Source: Eledone cirrhosa (Eukaryota). Taken from it: DNA of 64,000 bases. The DNA is taken from NCBI GenBank assembly GCA_964016885.1, contig OZ024741.1:118606001-118670000 (forward strand), in the 5' to 3' direction. Both the position numbers and the translations under genes were made by a program. The notes beneath the pieces are model-generated. The model saw nothing but the letters and a program-made list of their open reading frames with translations. It did no database searches and had not been told where the DNA came from. Each line of letters opens with the position of its first letter. The first letter of the stretch is position 1. This document shows, one piece after another, positions 1 through 13,649 of the stretch.

Positions 1-630
1 GGAAGAAGGAAGCTTCATTTAATATTTCTGAAAGAGACAGAAGTGACGACGATGACAACTGGGGTTGTTAAGAGAAAGAGTATTGAAGAAAGAGAATGAA
101 GGATTGATTGATCTTAGCAACACACACAGCAATGGACTCTTAGAGTAAGTTTAATGATAGATAAGAAGGACTGTTTAATTCAACCAACGAAACTATAACG
201 CCACATAGCTACACAACAGAATGCTCACTGCACAACATGTGTACAAAAAATTAACATAAAATAGCGGAAATAATTCACTGGAATGTTCGCAAGAGTTTTA
301 GCTTTTTATTCACTGAGAAAAGTTTTGGGGAAATTTTGTGGGAACAGAAATAAAAGTTCTAGCAAATAATGAAGTGGGATTGCTATGGGGTTTTCTCGTG
401 CAAACCGACAGGAAAATACTGCGCAAAAATCTAAAATATTTTCATTGATAGGAAGAGGAAAGCGTGCTTGGTAACTGATGTAGCATTCCGTTTGATACGA
501 GAGTTGGAAAAAAAAGGAAAGAAAGAAAGAATATTACACTGACCGGAAATATGAATTCCTCAAGTGCTAGTAAAATGAAGTTGAGAAGATAATAATTTTG
601 CCAATTTTTATCGAAGCCTTGGGGTGTATG
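1..630 (+). mobile_element. Decayed R4/Dong-like non-LTR retrotransposon, restriction-like endonuclease (RLE) region
   Basis: Frameshifted translation gives IHWNVRK...EVGLLWGFLVQTDRKI...KRKACLVTDVA.PFDTRV, matching the W-D-x-TD/PD..D RLE motif order also seen at 57071-57911. Confidence 0.55.
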
Positions 631-659
631 ACAAAGCTAACTTCGGCAGGATTTGAACG

Positions 660-800
660 TTTTGAGTTCAAATTTCGCCGAGATTAGCTTTGCCTTTCAT
701 CCTTACGAAGGTCGATAAAATAAAGTACGGGGAACGCACTGGGGTCGATTTAATTGACATTCCCCTTTTCTTTAACTTGCTGGCCAAATGTAGAAACAAC
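660..800 (+). mobile_element. tRNA-derived SINE family A, 5'-truncated
   Basis: B-box GAGTTCAAAT followed by the core TTTGCCTTTCATCCTTACG..GTCGATAAAATAAAGTAC that recurs through the window. Confidence 0.8.
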
Positions 801-814
801 AACAGCAACGATAA

Positions 815-1016
815 TAATAATCGTTTCTGATTCAGACAAAAGGTCAACAATTTAGGGAGAGGGGAAAGTCGATTAAATTGACCACAGTGCGTTACTTGTA
901 CTTTATTTTATCGACCCTCATAAGGATGAAAGGCAAAGCTAACCTCGACAGGATTTGAACTTAGAATGTGAGAGCCGGAAGACATACCGCGAAATATTTT
1001 GTCCGACCCTCTAACG
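815..1016 (-). mobile_element. SINE family A
   Basis: Reverse complement of the family A core and B-box, lying tail-to-tail with the previous copy. Confidence 0.8.
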
Positions 1017-1024
1017 CTAATAAT

Positions 1025-1234
1025 GGTTTCTTATATAGGCATAAAGCCAGCAATTTTGGGGGAGGGGAAAGTCGATTAAAATGCGTGATTGGTACTTTAT
1101 TTTAACGACCCCGTAAGGATGAAAGGCAAAGTTAACCTCGGCGGGACTTGAACGCAGATCACAAAGGGCCGTAACGCTATGCTGCAAAGCATGGCGCCCA
1201 ACCCTCTACCGATTCTGCCAATCCACCGCCCTTG
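1025..1234 (-). mobile_element. SINE family A, full length, 16-bp TSD
   Basis: Head GGGCGGTGGATTGGCAGAATCGGTAG (A-box) on the minus strand; CTCTAACGCTAATAAT duplicated at 1009-1024 and 1235-1250. Confidence 0.9.
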
Positions 1235-1619
1235 CTCTAACGCTAATAATAGAAGTAAAAATATTTAGTCCATTTAAATTTTATTAGTTTTAAAAAAAAT
1301 AAAAGTAAAAATTGTCTATTTTTTAAATAAAGAAGGTTGATTTTATGAACGAAATTTTTTTTGAAGAATGAGATTAACAAATCCTCAGTGAACAAATATT
1401 CAGTGCGGATGTATGATTCGAGAAACAAGGAGATCTAATTAACAGTCACCCCTCGGGTTCAGAATATCGTAGACAGAACCTTTGCTTTACATATATTAAT
1501 TATATATTTTTCATACGTTTAAAATATCCCACAATACGTTTTTTCATCTTTTTTTATTGGCGGGGAGGCTTTTTTTTTTTTCCAAATTAAAGAATTTTGT
1601 TTTTGTTATTAAGAGATAG

Positions 1620-2051
<432 letters not shown>

Positions 2052-2339
2052 GCAAAAAATCGTTGGATGTGAAGAAAAAAGGAAAGCAGTGTGAGAACTG
2101 ATATATTATTCATTTATGTTCATACACGGAACAAAAAGATTGTGCACGGTGGTGTAGGGTGGAAGAGTGATCAAATTTGTGACCTAGCCCAACCACCTGA
2201 TGATTTGGTCACACATTCGATCGCTCTTCTACTCTGCACCAGCGTGCACAATCTGGAGAGATGGTCATAATTGGATTACGAAACCTTAGATAGAGCTTTT
2301 GTTCCTCGTATAAAAATAAATATTACGATCTAACAGCCA

Positions 2340-3000
2340 GGTTTTTTTATTTTTATTATGAAATTTTTATCCAGTCAAAGATATGAAGGATAGATGACAG
2401 AGTAGACATATGAGAAGATTGTTCTTCAAAGTGACTGTCATTTTAGATTCAGTCTTTGCCTTTGCTCTCAATTCTTTTTGATGATCCAAGCGGCTTATTT
2501 CATAGTTTCTTTTAATGGCTTTGTAGCAAGTTAACTTCCATTCCTTGCGATTCAGTGCAGACTTCTCAAATGTTTCTGGAGGAATCTTTGTCGCTCTCAG
2601 GTCAGCTTTCATATTGTCTTTGTACTTCAGATATAGTCTTCCTACGTTCCTCCTTCCATCATTGAGCTGGTTATACATGAGGACTTTTAGAATTATAGTA
2701 TCAATCATTCTGATATGACCAATATATTTTAACTGACATTACAAAAGAAAGGATTCAATGCTACCAATTTACCATTTAGAGAATAGATCAATATTCGAAA
2801 TTCTGTCATTTAAGCTGTATCCACAGACAGTCAGAAGACATCGCTTATGAGCGACAGGAAGTTGGTTAGTGCGATCGAAAAGGTATTCAAGATTCTGATT
2901 CGAATGTTGGACATACATTTTTGTTTCTAATGAAATCCCCCGTTCATTCCACGGACGATGCATTTATAGCTTTGGTTAAGCGATTATCTTTCGCTTCTAC
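2340..3000 (-). mobile_element. RTE-clade LINE 3' fragment
   Basis: ORF 2367-2708 reads QLNDGRRNVGR.YLKYKDNMKADL...FEKSALNRKEWK, typical of the RTE/BovB C-terminus; stops and frameshifts present. Confidence 0.75.
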
Positions 3001-3635
3001 AACGTAGATTCAACTGCTGTATATTATAGCTGAATAAAGTCAGTATATAACGCCTTGAAACGGAAAAAAATCAACAGAGGAGCTTTCTTGATATACAGCG
3101 TGTTTTGGGCATTTTAAACAACTGAGCCTATCTCTCTGTAGAACTGAACACAACCAACTTCTTCTAGAGAGAACAAAAGAAAGAATGAGACAGTGGAAGA
3201 ATCGACTCCAATACTGGACTGGTAAATTTATATGTCGACTTCAAAAGGATTGAAGGCAAAAGTAACCCCTATTTTTGGTGGTGGTGGTGGTGGTGGTGTG
3301 AGTAAACCCAGAGACGTAGAAAGCCAGAACGAACACTGCAAAATATGCTATCTGACGTTCTAACGACTCTGCCAACTCGCTGCCTTAAATAAATATGCGA
3401 TGAAAATAAAATAAAAAATAATAATATTCATCGATATTTTTAGACTTAGAAGTGGTGTAATAATAAATCAACAGAAATAAATGTTTACACAAACAGGCTG
3501 TTTATTATGAAAGGTGATATATTAGAATAAAAAATATAGGTTGTTCTGACTTTACGAAATCAAAGTTCACAGCTGGTAGTTAGGTCATCTGGCAGACTGC
3601 ATAGAAGTGCTATGCTCACTGTCACTCTATCTCTC

Positions 3636-3673
<38 letters not shown>

Positions 3674-3710
3674 TCAAGAACGATAAACTCTGAGTAACAA
3701 CATACAACGA

Positions 3711-3769
<59 letters not shown>

Positions 3770-4091
3770 GAAAACTAAAAGATAGTATTAAATACATAGC
3801 TACGGACATTTCAATGCGGCATATATATATATATCTGTATTAATACTACTACACCAAACGACCAGCCCTGTCCATTGTTCAATTGGTCAATATAGATTAA
3901 AATAGGCACTTCCAAAAATTCTGATTTAGATAAAATAAGCCATATACTCATTGTATTCTCATTAAAAACCTTCTATATACTTGTTTACCAGCAAATTGAA
4001 TTGCCATCTGTCATATACTATCCCTTCTCTTCTTCCTTTCTTACAACTAATATAAATACTTTAATTTTTCTGATTTTTTCCAATTTATCCA

Positions 4092-4210
4092 ATATCTCTG
4101 AAGAAGTGACAACTGATTATACATTTGCTATCGAATACTTGCTAACATTATATGATTACGCAAGCAGTGATACATAGGTATTCCGTCTGTTACAGAAACA
4201 TATGTCAATA
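4092..4210 (+). ncRNA. Hammerhead-like motif with long stem II insert (probably decayed)
   Basis: CTGAAGA(4098)-A-GTGACA...TGTTAC-A-GAAAC-ATAT-GTC; palindromic stem III ACATATGT; stem I imperfect. Confidence 0.45.
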
Positions 4211-4349
4211 CCTAATAAATTCCTTTATAAAAGCACTTTCATTTTATATTCATCTTTTCTACATTTTCTCCGGAATATAATTTATACTCGTTGAGCAAAC
4301 CTACACGTACGCTGTTCATCTCTAACGTAACGATATATTATCACTACAT

Positions 4350-4561
<212 letters not shown>

Positions 4562-4740
4562 ATATATTATATATAAACACACACACACTTTATTTTCTTT
4601 TGTTATTAGATGTTAACTAACCAGGTTTGCGTATGCAACACTCGAATCAGTAAATTATGATACAATTAGGTTCAAGCTCTCAACATCATGTGTATCCTTC
4701 CAAATGCGATTTGGTAGTCTATGACGGAGTATACGTACAA

Positions 4741-4945
4741 TAATGGTTTCTAATTTAGGCACAAGGCCAACAATTTTACGGGAGGGGAAAGTCGATTAAA
4801 TCGACCCCAGTGCATTACTGGTACTTTATTTTATCGACTCCGTAAGGATGAAAGGCAAAGCTAACTTCGGCGGAATTTGAAATCAGAACGTAAAGGGCCA
4901 TAACTATATGCCGCAAAGCACGTTGTCCGACGCGCTACCGATCAA
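4741..4945 (-). mobile_element. SINE family A
   Basis: Family A core on the minus strand. Confidence 0.85.
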
Positions 4946-6239
4946 CCAGAACTATCAAAAGGAATGGACATAGGTAAGGAAAGAGTTTTGAAGATTTCTT
5001 AATATAAAATTTGGAATGAGTTCACAGTTCACAAGAATAACAGCCACGTGACTGTAAATCTCTTAAACAAACTGAATAGAGAAATCATTCGACCAACATA
5101 TTTCTGAGAAGACGCTAATGTAAACCTGATTATCTGGATGTTTTAAAAATATTGTTGGAAGGTTTGTGTCCAGTGACGACGACAATATAATTGAAATACT
5201 ATTCAATAAGCCGGGGGTCATGAAATACTATTTGCTACAGAGTTGATCACAAGTAGGATTCAACGACAAAGATAGAAATGCTTTTAGAAAGATTAAATTT
5301 CTAATATTATCGAAAACAAAACGATCAAACGCATTGATCTCACATGTGAAGGCCATGAAAGATGTCGCTTACCTCTAGAATAAATAAATGAAAAAAAAAA
5401 TAGTGATTTCTTTATTAGCTATACAGTGTTCACATTAAGAAAACATTAAAGACGGCAATGATGATAATAATAGTTCCTGATTTAGGCATAAGCCTTGCAA
5501 TAACGGCAGGTGAGGGGATTGATTAAATTGACATTTTATTTTATCGATGTCGTTAGGATAAAGGGCAAAGTTGATATAGGCCAGATTTGAAGGTAAAGAG
5601 TCGTAACAAATACCGCAAAGCATTTTATTCGACGCCCTATCAATTTCTAATCCATGGTTCTTTGATTAAAAAAAACAAAAAACAAAAAGGAACTTCGTAT
5701 TTCTATTAGAGATATGTTATTTCACCCGCATTTAACCTGTCTGATACCAAACTACCCGAAACCGCCGCTGGTTGTATGATATAAAATTGTTTTTTTTAAT
5801 GTGTTTACATTTGTCCTAAAACATTGCACCGTAATACTATATAACATTTGTTACGTTATGCTCCAAAGACCAGCTTAATAACGAGATCAAATTCCCAGGA
5901 AGATTCAGCTAGTGTGTGACAAGGATGGTACTTTGAAAGACAAGTACAGTCCATCGGACGGACTTCCACGGTTTCCATCTACTAAATTTTACTCACAAGG
6001 ATTGGATCAATCCGAAACTATGGTAAATGATACTTATTCAAGATGCCATGCAGAGGGATTGCACCCGGAACTTTATGATGCTGTGAGTAATGTTTTGATG
6101 AATGGGTGGTTGTTAAAATCCTGCGAATCTCAATTCGACAACACGTCATACGTAAGGTATATAATATTAAACAAATGTCAATAGATCTCCAGAAGAATAT
6201 CAAAATTTCCTGCCAGATTCACCGAATTCATTGCTTATA

Positions 6240-6960
6240 TACTTAACTTGTCGGAAGGTGATTTGAATAAGTTTGTTACCGAATGATGCCAGGCAGGAAT
6301 AAAAATCAGTGCAGCGAAGACTGAGACAATCGTCTTCTCAAGGAAGTCTGCGTAGTGCATTCTGCATGAGTGGAATACCATTGGAGGAGGTGGAAAAGTT
6401 CAAATATCTTAGAGCCGTTTTGACGAGTGATGGCGGGAGGCTGAATTAAATGCAAGAATTGCAGGAGCTGGTGCATTATTGCACCAACTTCAGCACTCGG
6501 TGATCAGAAGAAGAGAGGTTGGTGTAAAAGCCAAACTCACTTTCTTCAATTAGGCATTCGTGCCAACCCTTACCTATGGTCATACATCTTGGATAATAAC
6601 TGAAAGAATACGATCGCGAATACAAACAGCCGAAATAGGATTCATCCGAAGGATCTTTGGAGTAGTGTTACTCGATAGGGTACATGGCTCGGAAATCAGG
6701 GAGTCGTGCCAGGGTGAGCTGCTACTTCTCCGTATTGAGAGATCACAGCTCCGATACTACGGACATGTGGTTAGTGTATCTAAGAAAAGAATCGTTGGAC
6801 AGATTTTTACGGTCAAAGCCAACCCAGATATAGACCAGAATCAAGATGATTAGATAACATTCATGAGCTAGGTTCGTTTAGCTTGGGATTTCAGTCGGAT
6901 CAATTAGTTCTGATAGGACCCTCTTGGAAGGGGTGTGGGCCTCTTCCCCACAACCCTCCC
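6240..6960 (+). mobile_element. RTE (Rex3/Expander-like) LINE 3' fragment
   Basis: PTLTYGHTSWIITERIRSRIQTAEIGFIRRI...LLLRIERSQLRYYGHVV; same family as 42880-44130. Confidence 0.85.
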
Positions 6961-7053
6961 AGGATTCTGTGGGCGAAGAAAAAGTATAATTTTTTTTAAA
7001 ATGATCTACTGTCAATGATGGCCTCGACCACCCCACAAAAAACTGTGTGTATT

Positions 7054-7158
<105 letters not shown>

Positions 7159-7738
7159 ACACAAATTCAAACACAAATAACAACTAATACACATGAACAC
7201 ATACGTAATTACATATGAACACGCACCCACACACATACATCACACATGCATACCCCTACAAACACACGTACAACTTCAAACATGCATGCACACACGTACA
7301 TACCTACAAACACATACATACACAAACACGTATATACCTAGAAAGACACACATACACACACAAGATATATTCTGAAGTCTGAAATATTTTTAGATATCAA
7401 AGACGATTATTAGCAAGGATGTTTGGAAAAATAAAATAATCTGAAAAAAGAACAATGTGACCACACCCAAACAAATAAAGATCAATCAATATATGTATAT
7501 ATGTGTGTATGTGTATGTATATATATATATATGCGTGTGTGTATGTATATGCGTGTGTCTATGTATAAGTGTGTGTGTATATGTATAGGTTTGTTTGTGT
7601 GTGTATGCATATATATAGACGCGTGTGTATATGTATATATGTGTGTGTGTATGTATATATATATGTATGTATATACATATATATATATACACACTTCTCT
7701 CTGTGTTCAGGTATAGATATCTGTATACGCAAACACTC

Positions 7739-7775
<37 letters not shown>

Positions 7776-7879
7776 TAAATATTTAATTAATATTTGCACA
7801 ACGGTTCTTATATACCTGATATATATTTATCCTTATCAAGCCCTCTTTGGATTTTAGTCTTCAAATTTATTATTATTAC

Positions 7880-7953
<74 letters not shown>

Positions 7954-8008
7954 TATATACACATACATACATGCAAACACACACACACACACACAAATAT
8001 AAATATAA

Positions 8009-8096
<88 letters not shown>

Positions 8097-8341
8097 ATAT
8101 ACATACATACTCTCTCTTTACCTCTCTCTGTTGTGTGTATGCGTATGTGTTCCTGGCTGACTTACGGTAGTTGCTAATCATATCATCATAGTTAGTGTAT
8201 CAGTAGTTTAGCAGGTATTTGACGTCTGAACAATGGCAGGAGGCCAACTAGATTCCAACGAATCTCACACCGATCATTAAGACACATCATTTCTTTTGTT
8301 AGGGAAACGACGGCAAATCCCCCTCTTTCTCACCCCTCTTT

Positions 8342-8408
<67 letters not shown>

Positions 8409-8455
8409 ATATATATATATATATATCAATACTGAAACATATATATATATACTTA

Positions 8456-8544
<89 letters not shown>

Positions 8545-8889
8545 GTGTGTGTGTGTGTGTGTATAATGTATATATGTAAATATAATGCTATACAAAACAA
8601 CTTTCTTATCTTAAACTAGGTTAATGATGATTTGCAATCCAAATTCTACACTTACACACACACACAAGCACACACATAGGGACAGATAGATATACACATA
8701 TATACACATACAACCAAGTTGTTTCTTCGTATAACAAAGCTGGGAGTAACTTAATTCATACATGATAATTCTTAGAACATATTCACACATATATATTTAT
8801 ATATATGTGTAAAATCTTTAGTTAGTTTTGCTCCATATGAAGCATTGGTCGATGTAAGATCTCGATTCTTCCTGGTTGAAAGACTAGCC

Positions 8890-9621
8890 ACGGGCCTGAT
8901 CATAGGCCAATCCTCTGTCTGCAAAGTATTTTAGGCTGTCGAGTGATGGGCATAGAACGACGAACCATCCTGAAGTTTCTGGTCCGTCTAGGGACAACTC
9001 TAGCAGAAGCAACTCCGTCAGTATACTGCAGCAAGTGTACGGAGGTGAGACGATGTCATGCTCACGGGTTTTCGAATGGCACAAAAGGTGGATGATGACC
9101 CCGGGAGAAGAAGGCCTTCAACAAGCAGGACTAAGGCCAACGTTGAGCACGTGAGGCAGGTGGTGCATGGTGATCGTCGGCTGACTATTCAACTAGTCGC
9201 AAGTGAGCTGTGCAATAACCGCGATATCGTTTGGAATATCATTACCGACGATTTGAGCATGCGGAAGATCTGCACGAACATGGCGCCGAAGCTGTTGAAC
9301 GATGACCAGAAGGAGCGGTGCATGAATGTATGTCAAGACATCTACGGGGTCTTGATGCCGAACCATATTGCTGAGGAGAGTCATCAGCGGTGATGAGTCA
9401 GGGATCTTCGAGTACAACCTGTTTACCGGACGTGGAAGCCACCGAGAGGACCATGACAACGGACCTGCGGAGAATCCTGGAAGAATCATTCCAGGAATGC
9501 ATGGAAGCATGGTGGAGAAGGATGGGAAGTGCATTAGACGAAGAGGAAAATTTGTAGTTTGGATTTGAAATATTATTTCTTTTTGCGATCCAGTCCTGTT
9601 TCTTTTCTGACACACCTCTTA
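8890..9621 (+). mobile_element. Internally deleted mariner transposon
   Basis: ATG at 8946; LQQVYGGETMS..RVFEWHK, RRPSTSRT, ISGDESGIFEY, C-terminal KCI; right TIR-like CAGTCCTGTTTCTTTTCTGACACACCTC followed by TA. Confidence 0.85.
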
Positions 9622-9687
9622 TAAATACTTTTTCTCGAAAAAAAAAAAAAAAAAAAAAAATGTCCTTTCCTTCCCCTTCTCACTTTC

Positions 9688-9726
9688 TATCTTCTGATGA
9701 AGGACTAGTGTCCGAAATGTAAATAA
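9688..9726 (+). ncRNA. Minimal PLE-type hammerhead motif (one stem III change)
   Basis: CTGATGA-A-GGAC-TAGT-GTCC-GAAA-TGTA; paralog at 36443 has GAAACGTT. Confidence 0.6.
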
Positions 9727-10304
9727 TCTTTTCCCAATATATCAAGCGCATTTAATTAATATATTTCTTCATTGTACTGGGTTGTTTTTTTTTTTGTTTC
9801 CGTTTACTTTTTACTTTACTAGAAAGTATTAGCAATTGGAATGACTAACGGAAACATTGTTTCCTCGCTCCGATTCGACGAAAGTCGATCGATCCCTTTA
9901 CATATATATACATACATACATTTCTATTACATTTATTTGATAACACATTTCGTGGGCTTCGATTGTACAACAAACCAGCAACATCGTACGTATGATGCCT
10001 GATAAAGCAATTTATCAATCATAATTGTCGTATCATTTGGTTCAGGGACAGAATACGACAGTAACGATTCGTCAATTGCTTTATTAAGTCATTGTAGGAT
10101 ATAGATGATTCACTGAATAATCGAAGACAACGAAATTTTTTTAAAGAAAATAACGCAAATTTGTGCAATTTTTAGTGGTGTGGACAAGCAGCTTATATGT
10201 GTATGTGTGTGTATATTCATGAATATATATATATATCTGTGTGTGTGTGTGTATGTGTGTATAGGTATATATGTGTATATATATATATATGCGTATGAAT
10301 ATAC

Positions 10305-10366
<62 letters not shown>

Positions 10367-10949
10367 ATCTATCTGTATGCATATGTATATATGTGCTTAT
10401 ATAAAACAAGTTCAGATGATAGGAAAGTGTTCTTGAAAGACTTCACTGTAGCTTTTAATCAAGAAACACATCTCTCATTTTCTGTACTTGCTTTTCGTTG
10501 ACTTAGGTTCTATTAATATACTTCTGAAGAAATACATCAGTCAATCATTCTTACTAGGTTCAATATATATATATATTTTTTTTTCTTTTATTATTCTATT
10601 ATTATTATTAGGAATTGTATTGTTATAATAGAGGGGAGTAGTTAGTTTATATTCGAGTAGATATGATAACGAAGCTCTTTTTAAATTTGTTTTTTTATTT
10701 TCCATCACACACTGAAATTTCCCGGCGTCGAAGATGCTACTTTCCCCCTAAAATACTTTTCCCCTAAAATAAGTCTCAAAAAATCTGCCATGTGTCCTGG
10801 GGACCGAAGGTTGTTTATAATTTTTTTTTAAATATTTGGTTGTCACAATTATGGTGCGTCCTCGAGGGCGAAGCGTCTTCGGGGCCGGGAAATACGGTAA
10901 TTCTTATATTAGTTACACACACACGTGTACACCAGGTCCAAACACAGAG

Positions 10950-11160
10950 GGACACAATTCCTACTGTCACCGCCTCCGTCTTCTCGCTCGCCACATCTCT
11001 CATTATTATGAGCAAATGGGGACCCACGCGCTGGCCGCCACGCAGTCACGGCGGACGGAATAGAGAAGGTGTTTCCCCGGAGGATGGTAAGGGAGATACG
11101 CTGGAAGAGCCATTCCAGCTAGCGAGGCTCACACCTGCGAGTAGCCAACTCTGTGCCGAT
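10950..11160 (-). mobile_element. CRE-clade non-LTR retrotransposon 3' end
   Basis: Reverse complement aligns to 16790-17000. Confidence 0.7.
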
Positions 11161-11322
11161 GGTGGTGAGTAAAGATATGCTACGGGCTTGTTATAACTGT
11201 TGTTAATGTTATCTCCTTTTTGCATATTTTTTGTAAATCCTCACTGTCACTGTTTTTGTACTGTCCTCTATGTTTCGGACCTAGTGGCCAATAGACATTG
11301 TTGTTGTTATTATTTATTTGTT

Positions 11323-11499
11323 GATTGGCAGTATCGGTAGAGGGTCGGACGCCATGCTTTGCAGCAGAGTTACGTCCCTTTACGGACTGAGTTCAAATCC
11401 CGTCAAGGTTAACTTTGCCTTTCATCCTTACAGGGTCGATAAAATAAAGTACTAGTAATGTACTGGGTAATTGCTGGCCTTGTGCCTAAAGTAGAAACA
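11323..11499 (+). mobile_element. SINE family A, 14-bp TSD
   Basis: ATTATTTATTTGTT at 11309-11322 and 11500-11513. Confidence 0.9.
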
Positions 11500-11554
11500 A
11501 TTATTTATTTGTTTATTAAAATTGTTTATCTTGACTTTGTATTTTCAGCGACTC

Positions 11555-11750
11555 GTCTGAGGAAGGAGCCCCGCGTGGTTGGGTGACTATTGCAGCGGGT
11601 GTCACTGGCCATTGTCCGGGGAATGCTTTTGCCGTTTTGTCAGCTGAGCGCAGCACTTCTGCCCTCATACCCTACGCCCAATCACCCTCCCCCTTCACCC
11701 CTTTCCTCTCTTCTGCGACACCAGAGCTCTTGCCGTCCCCTCCCCTTCAC
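11555..11750 (+). mobile_element. CRE-clade 3' end, second subfamily
   Basis: EPRVVG*LLQRVSLAIVRG(N)AFAVLSA matches the CRE C-terminal EPRE..WL.QR.S.A..RGNA motif. Confidence 0.65.
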
Positions 11751-12248
11751 GTTCTTTTTCTTCTTTCTTTCTTTTTTTTTCTTCTATATTTCCATATTCT
11801 TTCTTTCCTTTTGATTCCCCTTTTTAAAAGGTTTTTCTTACTAAATTTCATTTAAAAAATAATTGAGAAACATTAAATGTTTCAAGAACTTTTACATATC
11901 GTCTGAATTTGTAGTGTATATCTTGTGTTATATATGCCGCCTTTTCTTCTGCTACTAAATGACATTTTTCCATATTTCTATGTCTAATGACACAAACACA
12001 TTGAGCTTAAATATACTATTGGCTAGCAATCTCTCTTCAGTTAACTTTATATATATATATATTCTGCCTTCCATAGGTTATAGATTCCATATACTGGTAG
12101 TTTTTCCCTGTTTTATTGATGGCGCACTGTATCTCTCTCTAGTGTGTTACCTTTTCAACATATTGTATTTTAAAGTGCCCAGGATTTCCTCTCCTTTGAG
12201 CACATTATTTACAGGGAACGGCGAGAGTCTATGGCTCCGTTAATGTAT

Positions 12249-12381
<133 letters not shown>

Positions 12382-12517
12382 AACGTGTTTATATATATAT
12401 ATATATATGTATATAAATATGTGTATATGCATCCATATAGTTATTTTCTATTTGTTTTATTTGTATATATATGTATATATATTTGTGTCTGTATATCTCT
12501 CTCTCTCTCTCTCTCTC

Positions 12518-12636
<119 letters not shown>

Positions 12637-12680
12637 ATATAAACGTGTTTATATATATATATGTATATAAATATGTGTAT

Positions 12681-12872
12681 ATAACGAAGGAATTGTGGTA
12701 AGGAACCAGATGGACCATGACGCACCAGAGTACTCAATACTTAGGGTAGTAGAGTGGGTAATAGGAAAAAGTAACACCCCGACGGCAGAGCTCAAGCCGT
12801 TTCGACGGCTATTTCTAGAAATAGCCGTCGAAACGGCTTGAGCTCTGCCGTCGGTGTCTTACTTTTTCCTAT
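12681..12872. repeat. Asymmetric palindromic element in (TA)n
   Basis: Perfect 76-bp palindrome at 12779-12854, extending imperfectly to 12761-12872; the unpaired tail matches the reverse complement of 59634-59712. Confidence 0.9.
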
Positions 12873-12929
12873 GTGTATATATATATGTGTGTGTATACAC
12901 GCACGCACACACACACACACACATATATA

Positions 12930-12977
<48 letters not shown>

Positions 12978-13211
12978 AATATGTGTATGTGGATATTTTG
13001 TTCAGTGAGAATATTTTGATGATCGTGATCCAATGGAAATGGAGAAAACCCTGAACATCAGATATTTTCAATTTCTACACACACACACTTAGACACACAC
13101 CATGACAATAAACGCTATCTACTAAACGACCTGTAAGATGAACGTTAGGAAAGTAGGTGGTATGTTGTGTGTGATAAACACGATAGATCTAAAGATGTGC
13201 CTACACACACT

Positions 13212-13251
<40 letters not shown>

Positions 13252-13649
13252 ACAAATAGTTTTATCGCTCTACGTGGATGAATACAATAAATGTAATCTG
13301 AGTTTATCGAATATTAATATGCAAATCAGGCCGATCAGTCACTGTATATTCCAGAAAATATAATATACTTTCACTAGCTCTGACAGTTGACAGGTAAGCA
13401 GTATACGGTCTGTTTACATGCCAACACAAGAGCAAGAATGACGGAGTCGTTCTACAGACATGGCGTAAAGAGGCTGTTTGCATAATTGCAAACGAATCGA
13501 ATATTATTATTAATATTCGAAAAACACAGATTACACATACGCGCGCGCACACACACACTCACTCACACACACACACACACATATATGTATATATATATAA
13601 ATTCAAAATTCAATAAGACTAAGGATTATTATGATTATTATTTATACAT

